From assembly GCA_964234715.1 (NCBI GenBank), contig OZ174283.1: DNA of 64,000 nucleotides. One strand, 5' to 3'. This document shows, in pieces, positions 62,568 through 64,000 of the stretch. Position numbers and translations under genes: made by a program. This DNA is from Podarcis melisellensis (lineage: Eukaryota). Below the pieces are notes generated by a model. The model searched no databases, was not told the DNA's origin, and worked only from the letters and a program-made list of their open reading frames with translations. Position 1 is the stretch's first letter. Each line of letters starts with the position of its first letter.

Positions 62568-63377
62568 AAAAAGCAATTAACAAGAAAAGCAGTTCAAGAG
62601 TTCAGTGTTGAAGAATGCTTCAGAAATCTCATAGTATAACTTAAACTATTATAATAATTATGACGCATACACTTGCTATACTGAAGCCATTGTTTTGCAA
62701 GTTTTGAGTTTTAAGAAATATTCAAGTAATACATTTCCCCTCTTGTCTGGTCTGTAATTATAATGTTGTGCAAATTAACTGATTCACAGGGGTGGGTAAG
62801 TGTTGCAACCAATCAAATGCCCCCATCAGGAAAAGGCAGTACAGATGGAAATGGCTCTTGCCTGTCATTGCGTAATTTATGTTACGTTCATTGTTTAAAG
62901 GTCATGGAGAACAAGAGAAATAATAGATATTTAATCACTAGTCTTATTCTTACTTAGATAAAATAGATATAAGCAGAGTTTGCATTGAATCAGTTGGGAT
63001 AGTTAAAATATCCCCTTTGGTTCAATGTATAGGAAATGCATATTGAATGAATAAATGTTTTAAAAGGAAATTATATTATGTGAAAGCTGAAAAGCAGAAA
63101 GAGGACAGAAACAAAATTCACTCCAGATTTTAGAACACTATTTTACGCTAAAGGTGTAAGTAATCCAAGGTGAATTCAGTTTAATGTGAAATGAGCTTTA
63201 ATCTTATGGGCACTCTATAGACACCTATTTAATGTATTATGCTGACTGATTGAGAGAAGGCTGTTCTGGGCTTTCTGGTACTGCTTGTCCTGAAGTCTGA
63301 TTCTTTCTTTCTGAGCTTATAATCTCTCTGTCTCTTCCTTAAATCCATGCTTCAATACTCATGGCTCTCACTTGCAG

Positions 63378-63401
63378 GAAGAAGAAGTGGAGGAGTTTGG
63401 G
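63378..63401 (+). CDS. RAPGEF2: RAPGEF2 24-nt microexon (R-KKKWRSL-G), phase 2-2
   Basis: Long pyrimidine tract, cttgcag|GAAGAAGAAGTGGAGGAGTTTGGG|gtaagt; matches the recalled RTRKKKWRSLGS of RAPGEF2. Confidence 0.93.
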
Positions 63402-63954
63402 GTAAGTGGTTGGAGAGAACACCTACAGACAAACTTCCTTTTCTGAAAATCTGCATTGTTTCCTACCTGCTTCCCTTAATTTTCTGGTGCTCTGTCATTT
63501 TCCTCCTTTTGTTAACCCTTCTGTACCTGCATCAGATTTAATCCAGTGCTGCTTTTGCTTGAGGTTATAAACCCAAGAGCTGTGAAACGTTAAAGAAGTG
63601 CAAAGCAGTGAGATTCATTGGTTTGATCTAGAATTCATAAAATTGCCTCATATATGTTAGGGATAATGTGAGTTGAGTGGACATAATTTGTCCATGCAAA
63701 AGAATTTTCTTTGTGGTCTTAAGGAATAAGCATATCTCAACAACATTTTGTACATTATCCAGCAAGTATACATATTCTCTAGCAGACCTCAAGGAATGTG
63801 CATATCATGACAGGTTTTCCCCCACATTCTTTGGGAATATTCACACAGAATTCACAGGGGACACTGTTCCAACACAAGCACTACATACATACATACAACA
63901 ATATATGTGTTTGGATGCATAAGAGTGTAAGGTGTAAGGAATAAAGTGTGGGTG

Positions 63955-63956
<2 letters not shown>

Positions 63957-64000
<44 letters not shown>
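63957..64000. repeat. (TC)n microsatellite running off the window end
   Basis: Read directly from the sequence. Confidence 0.97.

Larger units (their letters stand above)
750..63401 (+). other. RAPGEF2: RAPGEF2 (Rap guanine nucleotide exchange factor 2 / PDZ-GEF1) gene body, partial; extends beyond both window ends
   Basis: The spliced translation closely matches the vertebrate RAPGEF2 sequence as I recall it ([17 protein letters not shown]...[22 protein letters not shown]...[19 protein letters not shown]...[13 protein letters not shown]...[20 protein letters not shown]...RKKKWRSLG). All exons have AG/GT boundaries with consistent phases. Confidence 0.98.

Overview
This is vertebrate genomic DNA from a squamate reptile, probably a lacertid lizard, judging by Sauria-type and Squam3-type SINEs and abundant CR1/L2/hAT/Tc1-mariner relics. 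The whole window lies inside one + strand gene, RAPGEF2 (PDZ-GEF1/CNrasGEF, a Rap guanine-nucleotide exchange factor), which starts upstream and continues downstream of the window. I reconstructed 18 internal coding exons with GT-AG boundaries and consistent phases. They encode the degenerate cNMP-binding, REM, PDZ, RA and CDC25/RasGEF domains and include two microexons of 18 and 24 nt. An internal promoter region at about 14.5-15.9 kb holds two or three short alternative N-terminal exons (MKPLAIPANH..., MAFLVRCYANC..., and a candidate MIFSSEPVQ), all phase-0 compatible with the exon at 32955. The introns contain MITEs, SINEs, LINE fragments, micro- and minisatellites, recent tandem duplications and several perfect hairpins (50-bp and 27-bp arms, plus a 68-bp TG/CA palindrome). 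There are no prokaryotic systems, CRISPR arrays or supportable RNA genes, and nearly all tracked ORFs outside exons are spurious. The best leads are the N-terminal exon switchboard, the perfect intronic hairpins, and a possible SINE-assisted 924-nt stop-free exon circle; all three are hypotheses.
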